Part shown: positions 63,936-64,000 of the stretch, piece after piece
Layout of the letters: every line of letters begins with the position of its first letter
How positions within the stretch are numbered: position 1 is the first letter of the stretch
Assembly: GCF_006345805.1 (NCBI RefSeq)
Contig: NC_042997.1
Coordinates: 11,532,001-11,596,000 of the forward strand
From: Octopus sinensis
Lineage: Eukaryota
Reading direction: 5' to 3'
Length of the DNA: 64,000 nt
The notes under the pieces: generated by a model
Told to the model about the DNA's origin: nothing
Database searches by the model: none
What the model saw: only the letters and a program-made list of their open reading frames with translations
Program-made: the position numbers and the translations under genes

Positions 63936-64000
63936 CATGGGCGCATGTAAGTATTTCATTTATTTCTATTCGTATTTTCTACTGACGAGGAAAAAATCTA
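63936..64000 (+). repeat. Inverted copy of 63603-63663 containing the start of a second hammerhead (runs off the window)
   Basis: catgggcgcat...tttcta CTGACGA ggaaaaaatcta is the reverse complement of 63603-63663, apart from a 4-nt indel and the N7 change. Confidence 0.85.

Overview
AT-rich, microsatellite-dense metazoan DNA. The SINE families and repeat landscape suggest a coleoid cephalopod (Octopus-like); this is inference. No host protein-coding gene can be supported, and nearly all listed ORFs are microsatellite or repeat read-through. The window holds one near-full-length Tx1-clade LINE (3062-8939) sitting in an (ATCT)n tract plus two 5'-truncated relatives; complete but decayed mariner (DD34D) and Tc1 (DD34E) transposons; fragments of maT, rosa-like, R4/Dong, HERO, RTE, CR1/L2 and Penelope elements; two non-autonomous Helitrons; and about 25 tRNA-derived SINE copies. 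Two things stand out. (1) About 11 type I hammerhead ribozyme motifs of roughly five sequence families, read by eye on both strands. They sit in non-coding, (TA)n- or (AAT)n-bounded modules, including a 471-bp head-to-tail unit resembling a retrozyme and a tRNA-headed SINE with a hammerhead tail. (2) A tRNA SINE that has acquired a Tx1 3' end and inserts at GGTA, often inside other SINEs. All structural calls are manual and untested.
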